A stretch of DNA of 64,000 nucleotides from Promethearchaeota archaeon (GTDB lineage Archaea; Asgardarchaeota; Lokiarchaeia; Sigyniarchaeales; SOKP01), in the NCBI GenBank assembly GCA_019058365.1, contig JAHPZE010000001.1:96001-160000 (forward strand). Direction: 5' to 3'. This document shows positions 20,801 to 29,491 of this stretch, piece by piece. The first letter of the stretch is position 1. Every line of letters begins with the position of its first letter. The position numbers and the translations under genes are program-made. The notes under the pieces are model-generated. The model had not been told where the DNA came from. It saw only the letters and a program-made list of their open reading frames with translations, and searched no databases.

Positions 20801-22703
20801 AATTCCTATATCTTGTACTAATTTTTCTGCTGGATTAAATTTTGTTTATATCAGGTTTGAGCAAGTAAATTATCAAATTAAGAACTTTGGGTTTCAGTTA
20901 TTAATAAGCGAGCAAACAGTCAATATATCAACTTTCATTAATAATCAAGAAATCATTGAGAATTCTATTAAGGAATTAACTTTTAAAGAAAAAATAAATA
21001 TTTCAGCTAGAGTATTAGCTAATGGAGAGCAAATCTTTTTATCAGGAGCGAATATTACATTTATTAGCGATAATTATAATAAAGATTTAAATGAAACAAT
21101 TTTTCCATGGTATAATACTTCAATTGAAATTTCTGGTTCATATTTTAATCCGGGCATTAATTATGTTTATTTAAAATTTGAATTAGAAAATTATACTACT
21201 GATATATTTTCATTTCAATTCTTAATTAGAGCCCAAAAAATAAATTTAACTGTGCTAATAAATTCAGAGAAGATAACTGAAAATTATCTATTAGAATTCA
21301 GCTTTAATGATGATTTTTCAATTTCAGCCCAAAGTTATGCAACTTCGGAAAAATTTTATTTAGCAGATGGTCTAATGACTTTTGTTACCGGTGATTACGA
21401 AAAAAACTGTACGAATTATGAAGGTTATTGGTATAACACTTCAATTTCATGTTCATATAATATTTTTTCATTAGGGGTTAATTATGTTTATTTGAGGTTT
21501 CAAAAAGAGAATTACTCAACAACAATATTTTCCTTTCAAATTTTAATTAATCAAGTTGAAATTCAGGTAAAATATATTGGTTTTGAGGATTCTATTGAAG
21601 CAGAAATCGGAGAAACTATAAATATTACAATACAATTATTAGACCCAAAAACAAATATTTCTGTTGACCATGCTTATGTAAGATATTCATGGGAATATGG
21701 AATAGGTACATTAAATGAAACACGACCAGGAATATATCAAGTTATTATTGAGTTACCTGAAAATTTACAAGGTAATTTCAAATTTAATCTTATAATAACT
21801 CCTGAAAATATAATATATAAAACAACAATAAATTCTTTTATAGTTGTCATTAGAGTGCCTATAGTTGATGGATCAGAATTCCCTAATTATTTATTATGGA
21901 TTATCATAGGCGTATTATTAATTGTTGCTAGTGCTCTTGGCGCTTTAAGTTTAAGGTCCTATGTATTCTTGCCACGAAAACGTAAAAAAGAAGCTGAATT
22001 ACTCTCTAAAACTCAAAAATTTAAAGATCTCAAAAATATTCAAGCTATTGTAGTAGTTCATAATTTAAGTGGAATTCCAATTTACTCGAAAAGTTATTCC
22101 ATTCTTGAAAAACATAAAAAAGAACTTTTTTCAGGATTTATTCAGGCAATTACAACAATTGGGGAAGAATTTATTGATAAAGAAATTAATGAACTAGAAT
22201 CTACTGAACTTGAGAAAGGGTATGGTATAGAAAAAATGATTGAATTAGATTTTAAACAATTCTATTGTTTAATTGCTGATATAGAAGATATTCGAATTGT
22301 TTTTATTTTGAAAGAACGTTCCTCTGAAAGATTGAAAAGTCAAATTTCTCATCTCATTTTAGCATTAAATCTAAAACTTTCTAATAAATTAGAAGATTGG
22401 GATGGATCCTTAGATGACTTTCAAATATTAGTTCCAGAAATATTGAATGAATATTTTGAGCTATATTATAAGGATTCATTTATCTTGTCGGATGATATCA
22501 ATCTCATTACTATGAAAAAAGAAAGAAAGTTAACTAAGATGGAAATGCGAGTAATAAATGTTGTTCAATCAATGTCGGTAGATAATAGAATTGCTGATCT
22601 TAATAATATAGTCGAGTTAGTTAGCGAAGAAAATAAGGATTTAATCATCGAAGCAATCGAATCACTACTCAGACAAAAATTAATTATACCACTAAGTAAT
22701 TAA
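17865..22703 (+). CDS. Large single-pass surface protein: signal/anchor, CUB-like domain, Ig-like repeats, TM helix, cytoplasmic longin-like plus winged-helix tail
   Basis: N-terminal hydrophobic segment; CUB-like MRLHF..IEIETDWD.LYIYD...SDGS..YGY; many N-x-S/T sequons; TM YLLWIIIGVLLIVASALGALSL followed by RKRKK; tail IQAIVVVHNLSGIPIYS...LFSGFIQAI. Confidence 0.8.
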   Translation: MHRNFTKKIIKNKYSKTGSIAFIFFLILLTNTNIFHNFNQSNLNYDKTDDSTRYDKKLKSANGDDILFEGSELPLVINDTGNLYDFNQEIFVSNQVETNISYYLDDVHEWKASKIQTNIKNIYDTREWVQNNDFYELDTPFRNYTSFQNKDPSGFPPHNYSDNLDNDPINPSNIHSTINENGASAMRLHFLNIEIETDWDLLYIYDANNILQFTFTGKATDFYSPWIASDTLKITINSDGSIEWYGYNIDYFEFYNTSTNYFDYNNSWGYNNRSLTGNFGPGEINNNTAMYVSLIGEPFRDGKMGATYYENEFAEIYQNLNIPRGSVINAYIKFDYYAEYAMDSNENFIYCEINNKKIFSKGLGDIVDSGKNIWHSSGSINIDLWSNTSVIFNTIQENYNFNISVGIMSGASVSYSGFDDRFQQFFWFDNISLILTTICNSTQSDINITINGKNLLDNNYWGKSYRNFTGIWDSNPIILTVQTSSPFLNFELDTTIYGYHETTSRVGQTTQEGVHFQILENGSVYWEFTHNFYMPSQYSDFEFEINKPVNWKFISVLDPTLQARTFEGGNEGDTFLKINKTEANFPGWWTFKAISPNYLNISNTKTSKNGQWGIRNFYTGDSIRIKSQINFSEEIPPNIDSTFVDLKIYYPNGTLWYQESIAPYSNGTVIFSNLSFTQQNFIGGQYNYTLFWSNGTAIGGLTSFFTLIHNNTMVLIKPDDAVSDLTTEAFIGDIIPLRIQLKDIENNKVITGAIITYNWSTGLKIITEAASGIYEAILDTSELGSNGFYEIFINSSKIGFKNYNMTLRINLLEETNLLRLDSEYYIELHDNSTFKYSYTNSIEEGIAGATINLNIDLEYYNIIDHLDGNYTIEFDSSYINELGIYQIKLNFSAPAFEIQRTIFQFEIIEQSVDISVYIKNQIIQENSLIEIMFKENIDISIRILAQIDNEYLTGGNITWNSNSFYKKIDEEGNFWFNDSIPISCTNFSAGLNFVYIRFEQVNYQIKNFGFQLLISEQTVNISTFINNQEIIENSIKELTFKEKINISARVLANGEQIFLSGANITFISDNYNKDLNETIFPWYNTSIEISGSYFNPGINYVYLKFELENYTTDIFSFQFLIRAQKINLTVLINSEKITENYLLEFSFNDDFSISAQSYATSEKFYLADGLMTFVTGDYEKNCTNYEGYWYNTSISCSYNIFSLGVNYVYLRFQKENYSTTIFSFQILINQVEIQVKYIGFEDSIEAEIGETINITIQLLDPKTNISVDHAYVRYSWEYGIGTLNETRPGIYQVIIELPENLQGNFKFNLIITPENIIYKTTINSFIVVIRVPIVDGSEFPNYLLWIIIGVLLIVASALGALSLRSYVFLPRKRKKEAELLSKTQKFKDLKNIQAIVVVHNLSGIPIYSKSYSILEKHKKELFSGFIQAITTIGEEFIDKEINELESTELEKGYGIEKMIELDFKQFYCLIADIEDIRIVFILKERSSERLKSQISHLILALNLKLSNKLEDWDGSLDDFQILVPEILNEYFELYYKDSFILSDDINLITMKKERKLTKMEMRVINVVQSMSVDNRIADLNNIVELVSEENKDLIIEAIESLLRQKLIIPLSN
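20592..21554 (+). repeat. Three tandem 107-aa (321-nt) Ig-like repeats within the large surface protein
   Basis: Units start at 20592 (QSVDIS), 20913 (QTVNIS) and 21234 (QKINLT), each with W[FY]N.SI...G[LIV]N[FY]VY[IL].F...NY....F.FQ.LI. Confidence 0.85.
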
Positions 22704-22747
22704 GTAAATATATATTCATTTTTTATTATTTTTCTCTTATTTTTTCT

Positions 22748-23368
22748 ATGATTAATATGAAAAAATTAAGATTCACTTGCTCCAGGTGTGGGAACTGCTG
22801 TACTGATAAAAATACTTTAGTGAATTTAACATATTTAGATATTTTAAGAATTAAGAAAGGTTTGGATTTAGAAATTGATGAAGTACTTGATATAATAGGA
22901 TTTTTTGTTTTTGACAAAACATTGACTAATGAAGATAAAAAGAGAATGATTGTTACCCCTATAGAAACAGAAAGAGGGTTAGCTTTTATTGGTCTCCTCA
23001 AAAACAGTTTTGGGAATTGTTATTTTTATAGTCCAGAAAAGAAGAAATGTTTAATTTATAACTTGAGACCGATGTTTTGTCGAACGTTTCCATTTTCATT
23101 TGAGGTTTTAGATGAAAAGAAAGGCGAAACTGATAGTTTAATAAATATAGTTTACACTGAAAAAGGAAAACAATATTGTCCCGGAATTAATGATGAAGCG
23201 CCTCTAATTGATACAGAATATTGGATTCAGTTAGGTAAAAGAACCTTGAATGATCTGAAAAACAATCATAACGTAATAAAAAAATGGAATGAATCGGTTA
23301 AACAAGGGAAGGTGGTTCCCACAGTGAAAAAGTTTCTTCTCAAGATTTTGGAATTTAATGATAATTAA
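22748..23368 (+). CDS. YkgJ/UPF0153 family cysteine-cluster protein
   Basis: FTCSRCGNCC, C.FY, CLIYNLRPMFCRTFPF, CPG. Confidence 0.9.
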   Translation: MINMKKLRFTCSRCGNCCTDKNTLVNLTYLDILRIKKGLDLEIDEVLDIIGFFVFDKTLTNEDKKRMIVTPIETERGLAFIGLLKNSFGNCYFYSPEKKKCLIYNLRPMFCRTFPFSFEVLDEKKGETDSLINIVYTEKGKQYCPGINDEAPLIDTEYWIQLGKRTLNDLKNNHNVIKKWNESVKQGKVVPTVKKFLLKILEFNDN

Positions 23369-23453
23369 TATATAATCTCAATCTTGATTATGTTTCTCAA
23401 ATTCTACTTTTATTAAGCTGAAATCCAAAATTATTTAAATTCATTTTCTAATT

Positions 23454-25139
23454 TTATACAAACGCATATTGTGAGCTAGCTAACAATGCCCAATATAATA
23501 TCTCTAACTCAATTTTAAAACCAATTTTATCTGTTTGCCAATTAAAAACTCTATCAAAATTTTCTTTATTGAAGAATTTTGTTATATTTAATATATAATT
23601 TAATAGATTATTACATAATTCTTGTTCATGATCTTTTAGATCCAGTAGTTTAAAGATAAGTAATGCTAGTGCTGAATCGGTTATTAAATTCCTTATAGAG
23701 CCATTTGCTTCTATTAACTTTTTAATTTCATTAATATAATTAATCTTAAATTGATTTAGATTTATTTCTTTATCCAATAACTTTAATGATGCTAAATAAT
23801 GGTATATATCTAAAGGTGTCTTAAAGTCTTCCAGATTTGATAGATTTATATTTTGAATAAGATTTCCAATTAAAGTTTTATTAAATAAAATTATTCGTTT
23901 TTTAGCAATCAATTTTAAGCAAAATAGAGAATATAAATTTAACTCTAATTTTTCGGGAATGAACATTTCTAACTCTGATTTGATAAAGCTTTCAATTTCA
24001 AGTAAATCAATTATATCTGTTTTATCTAAAAAATTCATTTCTGACAAAATTGCGAGACCATAAAAGATGTTCTTCGAGTCTGGTATATTATCTTTTGAGG
24101 AACTAAATACTCTATCATTTATGAATTGCTTTATTATTTCTAAAGTTTCAAGGTTAGTAAAAGGAGATTCTAGATTCAACATTTTGATGATTGATAAATA
24201 ATAAAACAAATTCTCTAAGTCAAAAAAGTTTTGATTTACCATTTTTAAATTTATCAAATTCATTTTATCAATCTTGATTTCGTTAACTATTTTGTTATTT
24301 ATTAGCAATGAATGGCCAATATTATCAAGAAAAGTGTTACTGTCCATTAAAGTACCTAAATCTTTATTTATTTTTGGGAGAGTTCTTGATTGATGATTTA
24401 ATGGTACAATTGGAACATTTTGTGTAATTAATTTATTTGTGGGGATTAAAACTTCTCGAATCGGTTTTTTTTTTAGACTTTCTGTTGAAGATCTTAGTAG
24501 TTCTTTCTTAGGAGTTTTCAAGGTTTCAATGATGTCTTGTTTTGCTTCTCTTAATTGGGTTAAAATATCTGGTTCTGTCATTTGTTTAGATTCAATAAAA
24601 GTTAAATCTGTAAAATTAATAAATCTTTTATAATCATATTGTTGAAATTCTTTTTTAGTATCCGCAGAATTAATATATGCATTTTTAAATTCATTTAGTT
24701 TTGTAATGAAATTATCGGGTAATAAATCAAATAAATTTACATTCGCAAGTTTTTTAACATCAATATCAAAAAGATACTCAAGTAAGATTTCGAACAATAC
24801 TTCATGTACGTATTTCTCCATATAAAGCTCAAAATATGAATTATAATCTGGTACTAGAGCTCCTTTAGTTTTCAGAGTTTCCAAAAAATGATTTTGGTTT
24901 TCGTTTAACTTATCCATTGAAACACCGAGTGTATTTAAACCGGTTTTGATTGCTTTTAAAATCTTTCCAAGAGAAATTTTTATTTGTTTTTCACTTTCGG
25001 TTTCAGTTTTTTTTTTCAAATCAATTTTTTTATAAGCAATTAGGTCTTTTAGATAAGAATAACTTTTTTGGTAGTATTCGAAAATCTCATTTTTCATTAT
25101 AGAAAAAAAATCAGTTAAAATATCAGTAATCTCTTTCAT
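23454..25139 (-). CDS. Hypothetical all-helical protein (C-terminal half possibly a degenerate prenyltransferase-like alpha/alpha toroid)
   Basis: 561-aa ORF with recurring helical units (NLFYYLSIIKML, NIFYGLAILSEM, DIYHYLASLKLL, DSALALLIFKLL). The fold is a guess. Confidence 0.6.
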   Translation of the reverse strand: MKEITDILTDFFSIMKNEIFEYYQKSYSYLKDLIAYKKIDLKKKTETESEKQIKISLGKILKAIKTGLNTLGVSMDKLNENQNHFLETLKTKGALVPDYNSYFELYMEKYVHEVLFEILLEYLFDIDVKKLANVNLFDLLPDNFITKLNEFKNAYINSADTKKEFQQYDYKRFINFTDLTFIESKQMTEPDILTQLREAKQDIIETLKTPKKELLRSSTESLKKKPIREVLIPTNKLITQNVPIVPLNHQSRTLPKINKDLGTLMDSNTFLDNIGHSLLINNKIVNEIKIDKMNLINLKMVNQNFFDLENLFYYLSIIKMLNLESPFTNLETLEIIKQFINDRVFSSSKDNIPDSKNIFYGLAILSEMNFLDKTDIIDLLEIESFIKSELEMFIPEKLELNLYSLFCLKLIAKKRIILFNKTLIGNLIQNINLSNLEDFKTPLDIYHYLASLKLLDKEINLNQFKINYINEIKKLIEANGSIRNLITDSALALLIFKLLDLKDHEQELCNNLLNYILNITKFFNKENFDRVFNWQTDKIGFKIELEILYWALLASSQYAFV

Positions 25140-25268
25140 GTTTCAAAAATCTTGTTCTTTTCAGTGATATATAATGAAAATTGTTTATCAAATTTATTAT
25201 GTTTTTGTATATTTATTTTTTTCCGTGTGAGTAATCTTTATTATCTGAATGGTATTAATTTCATTAAT

Positions 25269-26543
25269 ATGTCTCAAGAAAAAACTAGATTAGTAATTAA
25301 ATCAGGAAATATTTTTGATTCCGTTAATGGAATATTGAAAGAGAATCAAACAATCATAATTCAAGGAAAGAGAATTCTTTGGTGCGATGAGGATGACGCT
25401 TTCGAGAAAGACTTGAATGATAAAATTATTGATGTAAATGGAAAAACAATTATACCGGGTATGATTGATTGTCATGTCCATCTTGAAAACACAGCGGAAC
25501 CAGATTATGAGAGAAAATATCTAAGGACAACAAAAACTATGTGGCATTATTATGCTTTACAAAATGCGCAAAAACATTTGATTAATGGTTATACATGCAT
25601 ACGAGATTGTGGAAGTCTTCCCGAATGGGGCCCATCCTTAAGGAGAATATTCGATATTGGCGCTCTTGCAGGGCCTCGAATACTTATAGCAAATTTACCT
25701 ATCACTCAATGGGGTAATCAAGAAGAAATCGGACCAGTTGAGGTAATTGAGTATTATGGGAAATTATCTGAAGTTAAAGCTGGTATCGATGGGATAAGGC
25801 ATGCAGTTAGGGACAGAAAGCGTTCTGGATCAGATTTTATTAAGACAGTTACTACAGGGGGGGTATTACATGGAATTACTTCTAAAGTTGACACTAGTCT
25901 TTTTCTAAACGAAGAATTATTAGCAATGACAGAGGAAGCCCATAGACTAGAGATGCATGTAGCAAGTCATGCTCATGGACGGGAAGGGATCTATAAAGCT
26001 GTACAAGCAAATGTGGATACAATAGAACACGGAACTCTTATTGATGAAGAAATCATTGATTTAATGATAAAAAAACAAACCTTTTTAATTCCTACTCAAG
26101 CAGCTTGTTTTGGAATAAGCAAACCTGATATTTTAAAACAATTACCTCCTGAAGTAGCAACCAAAATAAAACAAATTCAAGAACAAATGATTAGTAATCA
26201 CAAAATAGCATTTGAAAAAGGTGTGCTTTTCGCAATTGGAACTGATGCTGGTACTCCTGGTAACCCTCATGGTACAACAACTAATGAAATTATTAATATG
26301 ATAGAAAACGTAGGTATGACCACTTCTCAAGCGCTCCAAGCAGCAACGATTCAGGGTGCGAAAGCCATTAAAATGGAAGAGCAAATTGGTTCTATAGAAA
26401 AAGATAAATTAGCAGATTTGGTAGTTTGTAATGGAAATCCAATAGAAGAAATATCAATTTTAAAGGATCCCAAAAATCTGCTTTACGTGATTAAAGATGG
26501 TAAAATTATGGCTAAAAAAGGAAAAATTACATATTTCAATTAA
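25269..26543 (+). CDS. Metal-dependent amidohydrolase (Xaa-Pro dipeptidase/prolidase-like subgroup)
   Basis: PGMIDCHVH, G.T.IRDCG, D.IK...TGGV, HAHG, IEHG, GTDAG, ADLVV..GNP. Start moved to ATG 25269 (MSQEK); the upstream TTG extension looks non-coding. Confidence 0.9.
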   Translation: MSQEKTRLVIKSGNIFDSVNGILKENQTIIIQGKRILWCDEDDAFEKDLNDKIIDVNGKTIIPGMIDCHVHLENTAEPDYERKYLRTTKTMWHYYALQNAQKHLINGYTCIRDCGSLPEWGPSLRRIFDIGALAGPRILIANLPITQWGNQEEIGPVEVIEYYGKLSEVKAGIDGIRHAVRDRKRSGSDFIKTVTTGGVLHGITSKVDTSLFLNEELLAMTEEAHRLEMHVASHAHGREGIYKAVQANVDTIEHGTLIDEEIIDLMIKKQTFLIPTQAACFGISKPDILKQLPPEVATKIKQIQEQMISNHKIAFEKGVLFAIGTDAGTPGNPHGTTTNEIINMIENVGMTTSQALQAATIQGAKAIKMEEQIGSIEKDKLADLVVCNGNPIEEISILKDPKNLLYVIKDGKIMAKKGKITYFN

Positions 26544-26556
26544 AATTTGATTACTT

Positions 26557-27303
26557 ATGGAGAATTCTTGTTTTAACCATTTTTCAGAAGATTATCATTT
26601 GAAACGGAAGAAACCTTGGCGTCCACTAGAATTTTTTCTTAATCATTTAAAAAATAAAAAATATACTTTTGATGGTATAATTTTAGATTTAGGTTGTGGA
26701 AATGGCAGAAATTTTAAAATAATGGGTATACCTCCTAAAAAATTGATTGGATTAGACTTATCTCTCGAATTAATTAAAATAGCTCAAGCGCAACTTAAAA
26801 AAATTGATCAATATTCGCAAAATGAATCACATTTTATTCAGCTTCTGCTAGCAGATATTTCTAAACTTCCTTTTCGTAAAAAAACAGTAAATGCCATTTT
26901 CTCAATAGCCGCAATTCATCATATAAGGAAAAAATCTGAAAGAAAGAATACAATTATTCAAATATATGATATATTGAAAAAAAATGGAAATTTAATTCTA
27001 ACTGTATGGCGCAAATGGCAAAAGCAGTTTAGATATTATTTTCTTTCTGAATGGTATAAAAGAAGATTTATAATTAATTATAAAAAGCAACAAGAGCTAA
27101 TTGGTTTAAAAGAATTTGGAGATAAATTTATCCCTTGGACTCTTTCCAATGAACAAAAAACTTATAATCGATTCTATCACTTTTTCTCTAAAAGAGAACT
27201 CAAGAAATTATTAAAGGATTTTATAATCAAAGAATTTAAAATTACGGGGGGTCCTTCAGATCGAGATAATTTTTTTATTTTTGCACGAAAACCGATGAAT
27301 TAA
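26557..27303 (+). CDS. Class I SAM methyltransferase, Trm9/ALKBH8-like (putative tRNA wobble cm5U methyltransferase)
   Basis: R.KPW, LDLGCGNGRN, SIAAIHHI, LTVW, D.FIPW and RFYHFFS..EL follow the Trm9 motif order. Confidence 0.8.
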   Translation: MENSCFNHFSEDYHLKRKKPWRPLEFFLNHLKNKKYTFDGIILDLGCGNGRNFKIMGIPPKKLIGLDLSLELIKIAQAQLKKIDQYSQNESHFIQLLLADISKLPFRKKTVNAIFSIAAIHHIRKKSERKNTIIQIYDILKKNGNLILTVWRKWQKQFRYYFLSEWYKRRFIINYKKQQELIGLKEFGDKFIPWTLSNEQKTYNRFYHFFSKRELKKLLKDFIIKEFKITGGPSDRDNFFIFARKPMN

Positions 27304-27791
27304 TGACATTCTATAGAATTATATGAATTTAATATATATGGTTTAAAATTTTCGAACGCTTCTCCAATTATTAAGGTATGGACATTAAAGAGTCTTTCTG
27401 TTATGTCACAATAGAATATACAATGTATTACTTTTTCCGTATAATACCTTTTTCTCATCATTTTGTTTCGATGTCCTAACCAGAAAGTAATTTCATGACT
27501 CCTCAACCAATCTCTTTTTTTTTCGGTAACTACCATACCAATGGCATTATAAATGTCTATACTATTCTGTACCTCTTTATAATAAAAAAAATTCATTCTC
27601 TCTTTTTTTTCCCAACTTACTTCCATCTTTGACACTGGACCCCAAATCTCATCGTATTCATTTTCAGTATGTAAAATAATAGAACCTTGCTTCTCATCGC
27701 CTATATATTCTATTTCTTTATACCATTTTGGCATTTTATTAATTTTAACTCCACACTCTGGTTTAGTATAAGCAAAAAAATTATATTCCAT
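27300..27791 (-). CDS. Hypothetical protein
   Basis: 163-aa ORF convergent with the methyltransferase (4-nt overlap). Confidence 0.65.
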   Translation of the reverse strand: MEYNFFAYTKPECGVKINKMPKWYKEIEYIGDEKQGSIILHTENEYDEIWGPVSKMEVSWEKKERMNFFYYKEVQNSIDIYNAIGMVVTEKKRDWLRSHEITFWLGHRNKMMRKRYYTEKVIHCIFYCDITERLFNVHTLIIGEAFENFKPYILNSYNSIECH

Positions 27792-27941
27792 ATCCTTTTC
27801 TCGTTTTCTAATTTATATTTCAAGAATTAAATTTAGTTCTAAAATAAATTTATTGTTTATAAAATTTCTGTCGTATGGAGAATAGCTTCAAATTAATTTT
27901 CAGTAAATTAATAAGATAAATAGGAAGAAGTCTTAAATTAA

Positions 27942-28547
27942 TTAGATTAGTTCTTTTCCTTCTTCAATCCATTTTTTGAGTCTTTCTACAGAGACTCCTT
28001 TAATTAATGGCGCTAATTCTTCGGGTTGTTCTTTACATAATGCTTCTACATTTTCAACACCCAGTTCAATTAACTTTTTCGCTGTTGCTTCTCCCAATCC
28101 AGATAACTCAGTTAAGGGCTTACCTGTAGCTGGACTAGGCAATTTTTCTATTTTTTCTATTTTAGTGGTTTTTACCTTTTCTTTCTTTGCAGGTTTTACT
28201 TTTACTTTCTTTTCTAGTTTTAGTACTGTTTCTGCTGTTGTTATTTTAGGTTTTTCTTTAATTTTTTCTTTTTTAGATTTAAATGGTGTTCTCTCCTTTT
28301 CTTTTTTAATAAACGGTTTTTTTTTCTTTTTCTCTTTAGATGGAAATTTAAAAGATTTTAACATCTTTATATTTTCATTATGAACTGATTTTCTAAAATA
28401 ATCAATCTTAATTTTAGCTTTTTTCAAGAGTTCAATAGATTTCCCCGCTTCTTGAATCTCTTTTAAAGAAAATCCATTGCTTTCTCTTATATGGGAATCT
28501 TTAGAAGGACTCTTTACCAAAGCAACTGGGGTTGGTTTGCTTTCCAT
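27942..28547 (-). CDS. rpl13e: Ribosomal protein L13e with Lys-rich linker and C-terminal helix-hairpin-helix domain
   Basis: RESNGFSLKEIQEAG...IDYFRKSVHNENIKML resembles the L13e core; C-terminal LTELSGLGEATAKKLIELGV...IKGVS is HhH-like. Confidence 0.75.
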   Translation of the reverse strand: MESKPTPVALVKSPSKDSHIRESNGFSLKEIQEAGKSIELLKKAKIKIDYFRKSVHNENIKMLKSFKFPSKEKKKKKPFIKKEKERTPFKSKKEKIKEKPKITTAETVLKLEKKVKVKPAKKEKVKTTKIEKIEKLPSPATGKPLTELSGLGEATAKKLIELGVENVEALCKEQPEELAPLIKGVSVERLKKWIEEGKELI

Positions 28548-28710
28548 TTTTATTCAATGAATATAATATGATTTTTATTAATTTTGTAAATTAAAGAAAA
28601 TTTTTATTTCTTTCTATTTAGGTTAATTAGGTGAAATAAAATTTTTATTGTTCTTTATTGAATATAAGATTTTTAATGTAAGGAATCTTAATTAATGTTA
28701 AATTTCTTAT

Positions 28711-29346
28711 TCAAAATTTAATAATATCTAAATCTTCTAACTTTTTTAGTATTTCATTTATTTCTGTCCTTTTTTTATTTAAATTTCTTGAAATTTTCAA
28801 GGGAGAATCTTTTCCAGTGCATTGTAATGCAACTTGAAAGTCAAAATCAGCAATCATTCCCATGGATAGAACTTTTTCTAATACACTTTTAGCAACTATT
28901 AAATTTGGAAAAACTTCAGCTATCTTTCCGCCAATTGTAAGATTTTCTATATCCGCAATTAATGTTTGAAATCTACTTTTATCTGTTGTTGCCCTAAAAT
29001 TTTTAAGATCAGATTGGTGCTTTTTCCAAAAACGATTGGCTATTTTATGGATAATTTCCTCAATTTTGTCAGTATTATCATCAGCATCTGAAATTGAGCA
29101 AAATAAAATCCTTGATAATGGGTGATAGTAAATGAAAATGGTTGAATCTTCTGATTGTAATATTCTATCCATTTCATTTACTCTTCTCCCTTTTACCATA
29201 GCTTTTTGAATTATATCAATGGTTATATTAATTGCTTTAAAAAAACCAGTTATTATATCATCTTGAATTTTCTTTAATTCTTTAAATGTTGATTCTAAAA
29301 GGGATATCCCATTATCCCCATCAATTAGATAAATCTTATAAATCAA
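28711..29346 (-). CDS. Longin-like domain plus C-terminal winged-helix protein
   Basis: IYLIDGDNGISLLE...IITGFFKAI longin-like start; C-terminal SPLKISRNL..KRTEINEILKKLEDLDII is wHTH-like. Start is a non-ATG codon (TTG). Confidence 0.65.
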   Translation of the reverse strand: MIYKIYLIDGDNGISLLESTFKELKKIQDDIITGFFKAINITIDIIQKAMVKGRRVNEMDRILQSEDSTIFIYYHPLSRILFCSISDADDNTDKIEEIIHKIANRFWKKHQSDLKNFRATTDKSRFQTLIADIENLTIGGKIAEVFPNLIVAKSVLEKVLSMGMIADFDFQVALQCTGKDSPLKISRNLNKKRTEINEILKKLEDLDIIKF

Positions 29347-29491
29347 AATTCTAAAAAACTAGCTTTTTTTATTCTATTAAAAATAAAAAAATTCATGCTT
29401 ATGAATCATTACATTACATTTTTTTAATGGTTAAAATTAAAAATAGAGCGTTTTATTTCTAATACATATATATTAATTCTATGATTTTAAT

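Noticed and set aside
25152-25268. 39-aa N-terminal extension of the amidohydrolase from the TTG start
   Set aside because: It would leave only 12 nt for two divergent promoters and has low-complexity composition; ATG 25269 is more plausible.
27976-28383. 135-aa Phe-rich plus-strand ORF
   Set aside because: Antisense shadow of the Lys-rich L13e-HhH gene.
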